This document shows, in pieces, positions 32,680 to 43,174 of a DNA stretch of 64,000 nucleotides. The stretch lies in assembly GCA_964019425.1 (NCBI GenBank), contig OZ025786.1:1054001-1118000 (forward strand). Reading direction: 5' to 3'. Numbering within the stretch: position 1 is the stretch's first letter; each line of letters begins with the position of its first letter. This DNA comes from Flectonema sp. DT1601. Taxonomy: Eukaryota. The notes under the pieces were generated by a model. The model was not told the DNA's origin and did not search any database. It worked only from the letters and a program-made list of their open reading frames with translations. A program made the position numbers and the translations under genes.

Positions 32680-35600
32680 GCCCCTTCATTGAAGAAAGAA
32701 GACTTGGAATTGGACATCTGTTGTGACTTCACAGGTACCGAGATATCAGCAGCAATAAAGAACCTGAAGCCTCGCAAAGCAGAAGGCCCTGACGGTATTC
32801 ACAACGAAATGCTTAAGAACTTATCTCAGAAGGCAGTTGACTGTTTATTAAAGATGGTCAATTCTTCGTGGGGATCCTCCAATGTTCCGTATCTTTGGAA
32901 ACAGGGGTTAATCAAACCGATGTTCAAGTCGGGCAAACCGCGGAACGATATTAAAAGCTACAGACCAATCACACTCACTTCGGTTGTCGGCAAACTGGCT
33001 GAGAGGTTGGTGTATGACAGGCTCATGCATTGGCTTACCGAAAACTCAGCACTCAGTCCAATCCAAGCTGGCTTCAGGCGGGGCAGAAATACCTGCGAGC
33101 AAATCACAATTCTGGTGGACGCCATGGTAAACAACCACACGAAGGGGAGGAGGTCAGTCTTCTTGTCATTCGATTTCACAGCAGCTTTCGATAGGATAAA
33201 CCATCAAATCCTACTTTCAAAACTACAAAGAATGGGCATCCCAACCTTCATCGTTCGATGGATAACGGACTTTCTCACCAATAGGAAGGTCAGAGTTGAT
33301 GCAAATGGACATTTCAGTAAGTTTCGTACGCTGTCAAAGGGGGTGCCTCAAGGATCAATCTTAGGCCCACTACTCTATTTAATATATGTTGACGATCTGT
33401 GTAAGATTCTCTCACAAGAGAAGGAAACGACTTTGAACGCACTGTATGCAGACGACACCGCTTGTGCAGTATTTGGCCCGACCATGGACGAAGCAATCTC
33501 AAACGCTCAACGAATACTTGACATCGTTGACAAGTGGTGCCGTGATAATGACATGGCACTTTCAGTCTCCAAGACTTGCGCCCTGAAAATGGATATTCAA
33601 TCAAAAGAAGTAACCCTGACTGATACTAGCGACCGCGAACTCTTATTCTCAAAATCACTGGAAGTACGTTCGTTAGATATTGACTATTTTGATCTAGACA
33701 GCGTGATCAACACGACGACGACAAGGCCCACTTTACTGAGTGGTGAAACGATCCTCGAAGTAGAGGGGGAACCCATCAGGACTCAACAAGAATTAGAAGA
33801 TTTACTGATGTTGAACATCCACGACGAGATGAATGTCAAAGCGAAAATTAAAATTGCCTTCCTACTGCCGATCACGGACTCAGTGAAATATCTGGGTGTT
33901 TACATTGATAACAGGCTCAGGTTTGATAAACAGTTAGAGAAAATACACGACGAACTGAAGAAAGGGATCTCCCTTCTGCAGTGCCTCCAGCCATATGAAT
34001 TGGACTACAAGACCCTAAAGATGGTTAAAAACTTGTACGTGACAGCGAGGGTTTCCTATACACTGGACAGCTTTGGTTGGTTGCTCAACCAGCATAAAAC
34101 GGACGCTATCGACTTCGAGATGAGAAAAATAGCGAGACTCGTAACAGGATGCAGCAGATGTACTCCTAGGGAGTTGCTCCTTTGGGAAGCCGACATCTTA
34201 CCGTTTAAAAGACAAATCGAAAAGCAGACTAAAATTGCCTATTTCAGGTACAAAGCCATGACCTGGGTGCCGGACACCAACTCACTCGCGTCGCCTCAAA
34301 GCTTCTGGGGTGGCCTCATTCCCCGTTCTGAAGGTCAACTAGAAAGCGTGGGGATCGTTCAACCTGACTCTATCAAACCTTGGATTGCTTCGGACAATGT
34401 TCAAATCAGCAACAGCTGCGGTTTTAAAATCCCCTGATCCCAGGGAGAAATTCTTTACCTACAACGCGACACTTCCTCCGGTGGACATGGTGATCAACTG
34501 TGACGGTTCATACTCTTCGAGTGCGTCAGGCGCGGCTCCCATTGCTAAGTCACGAGACGGAAAGAAACGTGCTCACGCGACCAGATTAGTGCGTGCGGAT
34601 TGCAGCTACAGAACTGAGCAACATGCCTTGAAAAATGCGGCAAACTACTTAAACTGGAAGGTACAGAAAGACGGGTTAACTAAGTCAGTCAGAATCTATA
34701 CCGACTCAAAACCATTGTTGGACGAGTTGAAGGGTGGCAGGTGTAAACAGAGAAACACCAGATCCCTCGGCATCCTCGAGAACCTACGGAACTGCGGTAT
34801 GAAAGTACATCTTCAATTCATCCCTTCTCACATGGGGATAGAAGCACACGACGAAGTTGATGAACTTGCTAAGAAATCGGCTCACAACAGATACCTCCCT
34901 CAAATCCCAATCCGAGGATCCTTCTTCTATCACAAATCCCGAGTGAGGAGGGGGATCACGAAGGACATTTGGAACAGAATTGGTTACACCTGCTATAAAA
35001 ACACCGTCAAAGGTGCCGCGATAAAATATCCTCCCGACATGAAAAGGAGCGATGAAATCAGAATTGCGAATTTCAGAACGGGGTGTCATCCACTGATGCA
35101 AAACTGGCGGAAAGCCATCAAATGTCCATTCTGCCATAGCGCTCCATCCAACCAACCCCACCTACTCGTAGGCTGTCCATCACAGAAACTCGATGCAGCC
35201 AGATATGAAATCCTTGGCTTTTCTACATTGACAGGCAAATGACCGATCAAGTGATCTAATCCTCAGCAACGGCATTCCTGCCAGTCTTGGCTCAATCTTT
35301 GCCACCAGCTGGCTTCCTTCAGTAGCGATGTTGATCAGGTGGATGGAACAAGCATCCAACCTGAGACTTTGGAATTGTGTAGGTGACACGTAGTCGCCAT
35401 TTAAGTGTTTTATCAATATTTAGTATTTTCATCATTATCAATCATCTCCTGGTTGGGTAACTGTACATCACCTTCGGTGTTGTCTCAGTGTCCCTTCCAA
35501 TACTCCTTTCTCCTTCTTCTCCTATTCTCCTTATAAATTTCTCTTGAGGGCAGGCCTTCGGGCTGTTCAAGTGGTCTTTGACCACCGCTCTAGTTATATG

Positions 35601-35861
35601 CTCGATTCTTTGTTTTCCTTATCGATGGTAGGAATGGTAACCGAATTAGCTTCGTGTGTCCAATTTCAAGGACGCGTGACCATTTATTTTCTTCCGTTGC
35701 CGCTCTTCTTACGTCCTCAGGCGGAGCCTACCTACGTTTCCCGTGTTTTCCAATTTGTCAGACTTAACCAAAAGAAAGTATAAAAGAAAGACAAAACATA
35801 GAAGTGAAAAGAACAAAAACAAAGAGTCTGGAAGCACAGACGAGTGTAACCAAAAAAAAAA
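32680..35861 (+). mobile_element. 5'-truncated Ingi/I-like LINE (family B): RT (32689-34437), RNase H and CCHC (34385-35242, frameshifted), 3' UTR and A-rich tail
   Basis: KAEGPDGI, SYRPITLTS, QAGFR, DFTAAFD, GVPQGSILGP, YADD, KYLGV; CDGS, YRTEQ, IYTDS, FIPSH, DELAK; CPFC-x8-H-x4-C. +1 shift at GGTTTTAAAATCCC (~34430). Confidence 0.92.
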
Positions 35862-35914
35862 GAATTTTGTTTTTTGATTTTAAAATAAATAAAAGTTTTT
35901 TTTATTAATTATTA

Positions 35915-37983
35915 CGTTGTAAGCAGGGGAGATCTGGCTAAGATGATCAGACCGAACGAGTTTGGAAGGCCAATTCTGGGTGGTGGAGAAACCATTCTCA
36001 AGGTAGATGATACCGAAGTTGCTAATACGAAGGACCTGCTTGCAATTTTCCCTGATGGATCAAGTAAGCTGAGAGTAAAGTTGTTAACCGCAGTACTGAT
36101 GCCGATGGTAGACAGCGTTAAATACCTGGGGGTGCACATTGATGGTGATTTATCTTATGGAACACAGGTCGGAAAGATGCTGGATGAGACCAGGAAGGGT
36201 CTTGCACTCCTGGGGAAACTAGAACAGTATGATTTTGATTTTAAGACGCTGTGCATGGTCAAGAACCTGTACATACTTTCAAGGCTGTCATATGGGCTGG
36301 AGAGCTTCGGTCCTTTCCTATCTGAGGGTCAGATTGATCTTGTGGACTTGAATCTGAAGAAGATTGCGAGAAGGATAACGGGTTGCAGCATCTACACCAG
36401 GTCTCTCCCACTGCTCTTGGAGGCGAACATGCTCCCGATGAAGTTGATAATAGAAAAACAGGCCAGAACTGCTCTGTTTAGGTATCGATCGCTGAAGTGG
36501 GTACGTTCGACGAACCGAATAGCGAAAGGATTCTAGAGTTCTAAGTTGCCGCAGGAAGATTGTAACATCGCCCTCCAAGGAATAGTTCAACCTGACAGCA
36601 TCGAACCTTGGGCGGATGTACCAAATCTAGAGATATCCTGTGGGTATGGTCATAACAAGACCGGTGATGCAGATGTGGATAGGAACAAATTTGAGGAATA
36701 CTGCAGGGACCTAGTCCCTTGCAACTCGGCTATATATGTGGACGGCTCACATGATCCTGCTAACTACACTGCGGGTGCGGCAGCAGTACAGGTCTCACCA
36801 ACTGAGAGAACGATGTCGTCAAGACTTGTAGCTACTGAAAGCAGCTACAAGGCTGAACAAGTAACACTCAAACTGCTGATGAGAGAAATTGGCAAAGCTG
36901 ACTCGATCTTGGGTCCCAGGTCAGGTATTACCAGAATCTTCAGTGACTCGAAATCCAACCTGGAGGAACTCAATGGAGGGATTGTTGCCCAGAGGAAGTT
37001 GAACTCTCTGTTAATACTGGAAAGCATTAGGGATCTGAAGACACAGGTGCATCTCCAGTTTATCCCGGCCCATGTGGGGATTGAACCACACGATAAGGCT
37101 GATAAGCTGGCCAAAGAAGTCTCGAAGGATGCCGAAAGTAAACCGGTCTCAACGACCATGGATTTCTTCGCCCACAAATCAAGGGTAGCGAGGGAGTCTC
37201 ACAGGAAGTTGATAGGAAAGATGATGGAAGCCTCCGAGAAGGCAAAGCCTCCAATGAAACGGGTGATGCTCAGACAGTATCTGGAGGCGACCGGAGGATT
37301 GAGAACTGCTAGATATCCGAAAGACATGCTGAGGGCTTCGGAAGTAAGAATTGCACAATTCAGAACGGGTTCACACCCCTTGCTGAGAGACAAAGGCGTA
37401 CAACTGAAGTGCCTTTTTTGTAAACGGACGGACTCATCACCTAGACACTTGATGTTTAACTGCATGAACTCTGCTCTGGTACGCATCAGAAATGGAACAA
37501 TTGGATCTGTCATGGAAGAAGCGAAGATTTCAAAGAAGGAACACAGCCTGCTATTTATGTTCGCTACGAGGAACTTACATTCCCTCGCTGGCTTCATATG
37601 GCATTTAGAACAATGGACGGCAACAAGCTGTTATCAGAAGTTACTATCTTTTTAGTATATCATACTCATACATCACTCCTAATTCATCTCCTAATAACTC
37701 TCTGAGGACATCCGTAGAGCTTCATAGCTCGCAGGTAACCCAGTGGTCTTTGGCCACCGTCTCCGTATTGATCATTCGCTTTGTACTTACAGTGTCGTGA
37801 GCTTCCTATCCGGGGAAGTCCTCCAACGGACTCACAACAGTTGCACTCGTTGTTTCTTATTTACTTAGTTAAAAAATAAGAAGAGCGAGTATGCTCAGAA
37901 AGAATAAAAACAAAGTAGAAAGACAGGGGGGATGTGACTAAATAAATAAATAAATAAGAGTTTTTAATAAATAATAATAATAA
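35915..37983 (+). mobile_element. 5'-truncated Ingi/I-like LINE (family C): RT C-terminus, RNase H, CCHC; nonsense codon at 36534-36536; (TAAA)n(TAA)n tail
   Basis: KYLGVHID, IARRITGC, YVDGS, SYKAEQ, FSDS, FIPAHVGIEPHDKADKLAK, CLFC-x8-H-x4-C. ORFs 35943-36536 and 36546-37655 share a frame, and the TAG sits where family B has TGG. Confidence 0.9.
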
Positions 37984-37985
37984 GG

Positions 37986-38399
37986 TTTTTTTTGATTTTT
38001 TTTTTCATTACTACCTGAAACTGTCTCTTCTTTTTCTACAGCAACGGGCTGACGCAAAACACGCGTACATTTAATGTGGGTCCAGGGCAATTGCCCACCT
38101 CATAAGAGGCCCATTGTTCTTCCTTTCTTTCTCCCCAAGTTAGTAAGGCAGGTGTAAAATAAAATAATAAAAAGAAATTTATTTATGGGGAGGAATTGTC
38201 AATCGTAAGATATGACTTATACTTATCACATATGTAAATATGTGGAGAAGGTAAGAACAATAACGAAAAACTTCATGTCGAAGTTGCAGCTCGTCGCAAT
38301 TTGAATTGACATAGCTGTAGCTGCTATGTGCTTTTTGGGGATGGCCTGAAAGGTGCGGACTTTCATCTAAGATCTCTCAAAAACTCTCGATCTGTGTCC
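37986..38399. repeat. ~415-bp direct repeat, copy 2
   Basis: Matches 30791-31205. Confidence 0.95.
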
Positions 38400-38962
38400 A
38401 ATCTATATCGGCCCATCAGTCAATCAACAATCAGACCATCCCCATGGTGTAGGTGCTACTTTGGTTAATTTGGAAGCTTGAGAAATCAAGTCAGTTGTGA
38501 GTTTTGAATCACAGTATTGAAAAGTGTGGGTTGAAGGATAACGTTTTCTTCATTTTCTTTCTTTGTTTCCTGACTCAAATTTTCTTTTTTCTTTTCTTTT
38601 TCTGGAAAAACATATCTTCTTGCAGATGACATAAAAAGAAAGACATTCTCTAGTCCTTGTACAGTGGAAAGACAATCCTTTAACTCTTCTTGTGTTAGAG
38701 AGTCTTTCTGGAGATACATCCTCCTCTCCTTTCTGTACTTTGAGCATTTTGCTAACAGGTGCTCTACAGAGTCTTTTTCTCTGCACCTAGGACATTTCCC
38801 TTGTGTTTGTTTACAGTCGCCAATTCTGAGTTGTGAAATCAGAATTTCTTCCGCTCTTTCAGTTTCAGATGGGAAAGGACGGGGGTCAAATTTTTCTTTT
38901 ATTCTGTGTTTTAGTTTAGCTACATGGGTGCTGTAGTCTATGGGAACTTTTTTTTTGATATC

Positions 38963-39034
38963 GGCTTAGTGGTCTAGTGGCATGATTCTCGCTTTGGGTG
39001 CGAGAGGTCCAGAGTTCGATTCTCTGCTGAGCCC
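38963..39034 (+). tRNA. tRNA-Pro(TGG)
   Basis: Acceptor GGCTTAG/CTGAGCC, D-arm TGGTCTAGTGG, anticodon arm CTCGC-TT-TGG-GT-GCGAG, T-arm CAGAG-TTCGATT-CTCTG, followed by an oligo-T Pol III terminator. Confidence 0.96.
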
Positions 39035-39271
39035 TTTTTTTGTCACTTTCCCCCCCTATGTTTTTTATTTGGAGATTCTGTCACCTTAACTTTTTTTTCT
39101 CCGTTGCCTGCCACCCCAAAAGTTTTTTCGCTGTTGTGAACAACTCTTTTTTTTTTGTACCGACGTAGTCGGAGAAGAAACTATTCAGATTGAAAACCGA
39201 TTATTTCTTATGGTCATGATTTATTTTCCCCGTGCGACAGGATTTTGTCTGCGTTCAACGAAAAAACAACT

Positions 39272-40470
39272 ATGCCAGGAGTCAACCCAAATACAGTGCT
39301 GCAATTGTCGGCTGGAGCCGGAAGGGGCCAGCCCCAACTAGCACCCCAGTCGGCCGTGGATAACACGGTACTCGTGGCCCAGGCCGCGATAGCCGCCCAC
39401 ACCGCCGAGGCACACACGAGGGCGACAGAAGCAGCAGCCGCCGGAGAAATCCGGGCGTTATACGCAGAAGGAAACGCCGCGATTGCGGCGACCAACTCAG
39501 CGGCCTCACAAGCCGTTACTTATGCGCAGGCGGGAAGGGAGATCGAGACGGTACGGGCACAGGCGGGTGTGGCCGTGACCCAGGCGATGGCGGGGAGAGA
39601 GGTCGACCACGCCAGAGCCCAGGCGGGGGTAGCGGTGACGGAGGCCCAAGCCGGACGGCAGGTAGATGCGACCCGCGCCCAGTGTGGACTGATGGTGAAC
39701 GAAGCGGAGGCGGCAGTGAGGACAGCCCAGTTAGAGGCCAAGCACGAGAAGGAGTTGGCTGAATTACGAGCCCAGCTAGAGCTGGAGAGACGTACAGCGA
39801 AGCTGACCGCACCGGCACCAGCACCATTACCCGCACCGACACAGGCACAAGCTCCCGGAATCGAAGAGGAGGATCTGGCCTCACTGCGTCGGCAGATACG
39901 CCACGAGGAGGAGAAGAGAGTGTTGCAGGATCAGTTGCTGAACCTAAGGACGGGAAACGATGGAGCCCACCTGACCGGCGGAGTGGGTTCCGATCATCAG
40001 CTGGAAGAAATCACCAGGGGACCGCTGATGGGCGGTCTGGCGTCGATCGACGTGGACGCCTGGTGGGAAGGAAGCGCCGAGCACTTATCGTTAGTGCACG
40101 TCCACCAGCGGGAACACTACCGCGAGCTGGTGGAGGCAAAAGCACCCACGCCCGTCCCCAAGCGCACGAAGCACACGCCAGATTGCGAGAGCTCGGCACA
40201 GTGATGGCAAGGTTACCATCCATCGACAACCTGGAAGAAGCGGAACGACTCATCAGGGACATGGTGAAGGAGAACATCGCCCGTTTGGAGATATTGAGAG
40301 AAGGAGTGACGGGGGGAGGCTGGACGGCGGCGCAGGAGATGGAAGATGCGCACTTTGTGGCGCCATCGGTACCACCTTTTCTGCGGAAGATGTGGGTGAA
40401 AAAAGGGAAGACGGAGAAGCCATCGCAAAGACCGGTACAGAGGCCCCCCGCAACGAAGAGTCGGCACTGA
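39272..40470 (+). CDS. Gag-like ORF1 of the YR element, in two frames (39272-40204 and 40063/40204-40470)
   Basis: Ala/Gln-rich coiled coil with three ~20-aa repeats (AQAGREVxxxRAQAGVAVT), first ORF of the element. The second part is in the -1 frame. Confidence 0.6.
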
Positions 40471-40475
40471 CCTCA

Positions 40476-41429
40476 ATGCTAGAGGGACTGGGAATATTGT
40501 CGGTGCGAGACGTGGGTCGACCGAGAATGACGGAGGAGGAGGTGACGAAGCCGAAGGCGATGACTGTGACGAAGTCGGCTCTTCAGATGGTGGGAAATGC
40601 ACTATCACACTCGAGGTGGCGCGGGCTGGAGGCGGCACAGCGTCGGCTGATTCAGTTTCGGAACAGTTGGCACGCGACGACGGGAGTCTTGTTGTCGTGG
40701 GATCTGACGATCATTTACTGGGTGGAGAGACAGAGGTCTCGGACCGAGGGTCCAATTTCGAACTCAACGGCGCTGGAATACGTAGGACGGGCCCAAGCGG
40801 CATTGAGAAGGACGGGAATTTCCATCGTAGAAGGCCAGATGCTGACCGATTACGTGAGAGCTTTAAAAAGAGCCGGCGCGCTCCGTCCACAACGTCAAGC
40901 GGTACCGGCCGTGGGAGAGCAGGTGATGGAGGCGGTGCGGAAGGAAGTAGACAGGGACACACAGTTGGCGATCGTACTATGCTGGGCGGGCGCGGCAAGG
41001 GTGTCCGATGTGATCCGATTGAAGGTGGGAGACATCACTCTGGAACGAGAATACGTGGCGGTGAACTGGTCGGAAACGAAGTCAGACCCCTTCAGCTTAG
41101 GACGGACTACGGGACTGTACCTGGCCGACAAGTGGAGGAACGCGCTTCAGACGGCAATGACGGGACTGAGTCCGGGCGATTTGCTGCTGGACACTTCTTA
41201 CCGAAAGGTAGTGGCTGCTCTGAGACGAGAAGGGAAGGACCTGTCGGGACACTCGCTGAGGAGGGGCGCACTGCACACTTTACTGCTGGAGGGAGTAGGC
41301 CTGGAATCGATACGCCAGCTCTCCAGACACTCGTCGTTGGATGCCTTGGCGAGATACCTTCCGGCCGGGAAGACACATGTAGCGAGGCAGTCAGCCGAGA
41401 CATCCTGGAAGCTGGGAACCGAGTTGTAA
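40476..41429 (+). CDS. Tyrosine recombinase/integrase of the YR element
   Basis: Catalytic set R (GAARVSDV), K (ETKSDPF), HxxR (SGHSLRRG), H (SRHSS), Y (LARYL). First ATG at 40476; frame open from 40392. Confidence 0.92.
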   Translation: MLEGLGILSVRDVGRPRMTEEEVTKPKAMTVTKSALQMVGNALSHSRWRGLEAAQRRLIQFRNSWHATTGVLLSWDLTIIYWVERQRSRTEGPISNSTALEYVGRAQAALRRTGISIVEGQMLTDYVRALKRAGALRPQRQAVPAVGEQVMEAVRKEVDRDTQLAIVLCWAGAARVSDVIRLKVGDITLEREYVAVNWSETKSDPFSLGRTTGLYLADKWRNALQTAMTGLSPGDLLLDTSYRKVVAALRREGKDLSGHSLRRGALHTLLLEGVGLESIRQLSRHSSLDALARYLPAGKTHVARQSAETSWKLGTEL

Positions 41430-43174
41430 TGCCGTTTTGTCCCGCGTTTCCTGCTCAGCCAAGGGCTCTGCTGGAACCGCAAGTGAAGTACAAAGTGCCG
41501 GATCCCCCGCCACCTCCGCCAAGGGCGAGGAGTTTGGGGGAGGAGTCTGGTGCACCGGACGTGATGCTGACGTACTCGGGAGTGGCGACCGTAGCTGTCG
41601 GAGGCCGTCACGTCTCCCCTCCTTCTGACAGGGAGGCGGGTGATTTGGCTCCGATTTCAGAGTCCCGACTAGATTTAGATAGACTGGTGGAACTGGACTC
41701 GGAAGGAATTTTGACTGGAATCTTAGATGTAATTCGAGACGAAACTGCTTTTGAGGCCTTATTTCTGCCTGAGGCGATGCAGGCGTTGGCGGACAGGTCA
41801 GCGTCCCGTGGTACTTCGAGGCATATGATGAGGCATTTGGAACACTTGGAGAAGTGGGGTGTGGTGGAGCGAACGAGCCAGCAGAAGGTCGTACTTCCGA
41901 CGTTCACGGTACCGAAGAGTTCGGGAGGGCTACGACTCGTGTGTGATGGAAGAAAATTGAATCGTCTGATGCGACCACCGCCACCGATGCTTTTGCCTGG
42001 GATCCGATCGGTGATAGCCCGTTTCCTTTCTGTACGCTATGTGGCTCAGGACGACGGTAAGAGTTGGTTTTACCAGTTCCCTCTCGGACGAGGTGTTGAC
42101 GATTACTTCGGAGTGAATTTGGGAGGCGCCAGAGGTCCTTTCGTGCGTGCGAAGCTGCGGGCTCTGTGTATGGGATGGAGCTGGGCTCCGTGTATTGCGC
42201 ATCGTTCAGCGATGGTTCTGCTCCCGGAGACAGATGGTGTGGCGTGGGTGGACAACTTCTTCGTAGTGGGAGAGTCGGAGGAGGAGACCGCGCAGCGTTA
42301 CTCGGAATTCAAACGTAGGGCGGATTACGTTGGTGCCCGTCTGAGTGATGCTGAAGGATTTGGTGAACCGAAGTCGAACTTCGTGGCTCTGGGTTTGGAA
42401 TTTGATTTGTCAGCCACACCGCAACGTTATCGATCGGCGCCAGACTGGGTCCAGAAGATGTTATCCTCAGAGACGTTGGGACGGATGATGGGGGGACGCC
42501 CCGTGACGGCGAGGGAATTTTACCGGGTCTTCGGTGGCTTGGTATGGTTTTGGTACACGACGGGACGCCGTTTGTGTTTCTTGCGATCGACGCTGGCATT
42601 CGTAAGGAGAGCTGGGAGAGAGATGGCAGCTAGGCCAGACGGGTGGGACGAATCGTTACCACTCTGTCCGTCAGTATTGCGAGAGCTTGCGGGAGTTTTG
42701 GATGTGCTTCGACGGAACGACTGGGTTTCAGCTGTCCCTGACAACCCCGAAGTGACTGCGTGGTCGGATGCTTCGGATTTGGAGTGGGCGGCGGTGCTGG
42801 AGATTGTTCCGGAGGAAGTGATTCAGGGCTGTTTTCCCTCCCCTTCAAGACATCATATATTCCTGAAGGAAATGTTTGCCGCTCTCCAGGCGGTTCGACT
42901 GGCTGCGGTACTGCGGCCGGGTCACGTTCTGGATTTGCGCGTGGATAACACGGCGGCAGTGGCTGCTATTAACAAAGGCCACAGCTCCAACTTCATGGGG
43001 AACGAGATGTTGTGCGCATTGTATGAGACTGCCGGCGCGGCTGATTTGCGAGTGAGATGCACCTGGGTCGATACCACTTCTCAACGTGCGGACGAGTACA
43101 CCCGGGGCACCAAGGCGCCGGGTGGGGGAATCAGCCTTCCTAGTTTACCTCAGCAATGTAAGTTCTTCGAGTGA
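41429..43174 (+). CDS. Reverse transcriptase plus DIRS-type RNase H of the YR element
   Basis: FTVPKSSGGLRLVCDGRKLN, DGKSWFYQF, LCMGWSWAP, WVDN, LGLEFD; RNase H SDAS, IFLKEMFA, VDNTAAV, RADEYTR. ATG overlaps the YR stop (TAATG). Confidence 0.9.
   Translation: MPFCPAFPAQPRALLEPQVKYKVPDPPPPPPRARSLGEESGAPDVMLTYSGVATVAVGGRHVSPPSDREAGDLAPISESRLDLDRLVELDSEGILTGILDVIRDETAFEALFLPEAMQALADRSASRGTSRHMMRHLEHLEKWGVVERTSQQKVVLPTFTVPKSSGGLRLVCDGRKLNRLMRPPPPMLLPGIRSVIARFLSVRYVAQDDGKSWFYQFPLGRGVDDYFGVNLGGARGPFVRAKLRALCMGWSWAPCIAHRSAMVLLPETDGVAWVDNFFVVGESEEETAQRYSEFKRRADYVGARLSDAEGFGEPKSNFVALGLEFDLSATPQRYRSAPDWVQKMLSSETLGRMMGGRPVTAREFYRVFGGLVWFWYTTGRRLCFLRSTLAFVRRAGREMAARPDGWDESLPLCPSVLRELAGVLDVLRRNDWVSAVPDNPEVTAWSDASDLEWAAVLEIVPEEVIQGCFPSPSRHHIFLKEMFAALQAVRLAAVLRPGHVLDLRVDNTAAVAAINKGHSSNFMGNEMLCALYETAGAADLRVRCTWVDTTSQRADEYTRGTKAPGGGISLPSLPQQCKFFE

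Noticed and set aside
34420..34440. Programmed frameshift between LINE-B RT and RNase H
   Set aside because: It needs a +1 shift in a homopolymer while families A and C are continuous here, so a mutation or sequencing indel is simpler.
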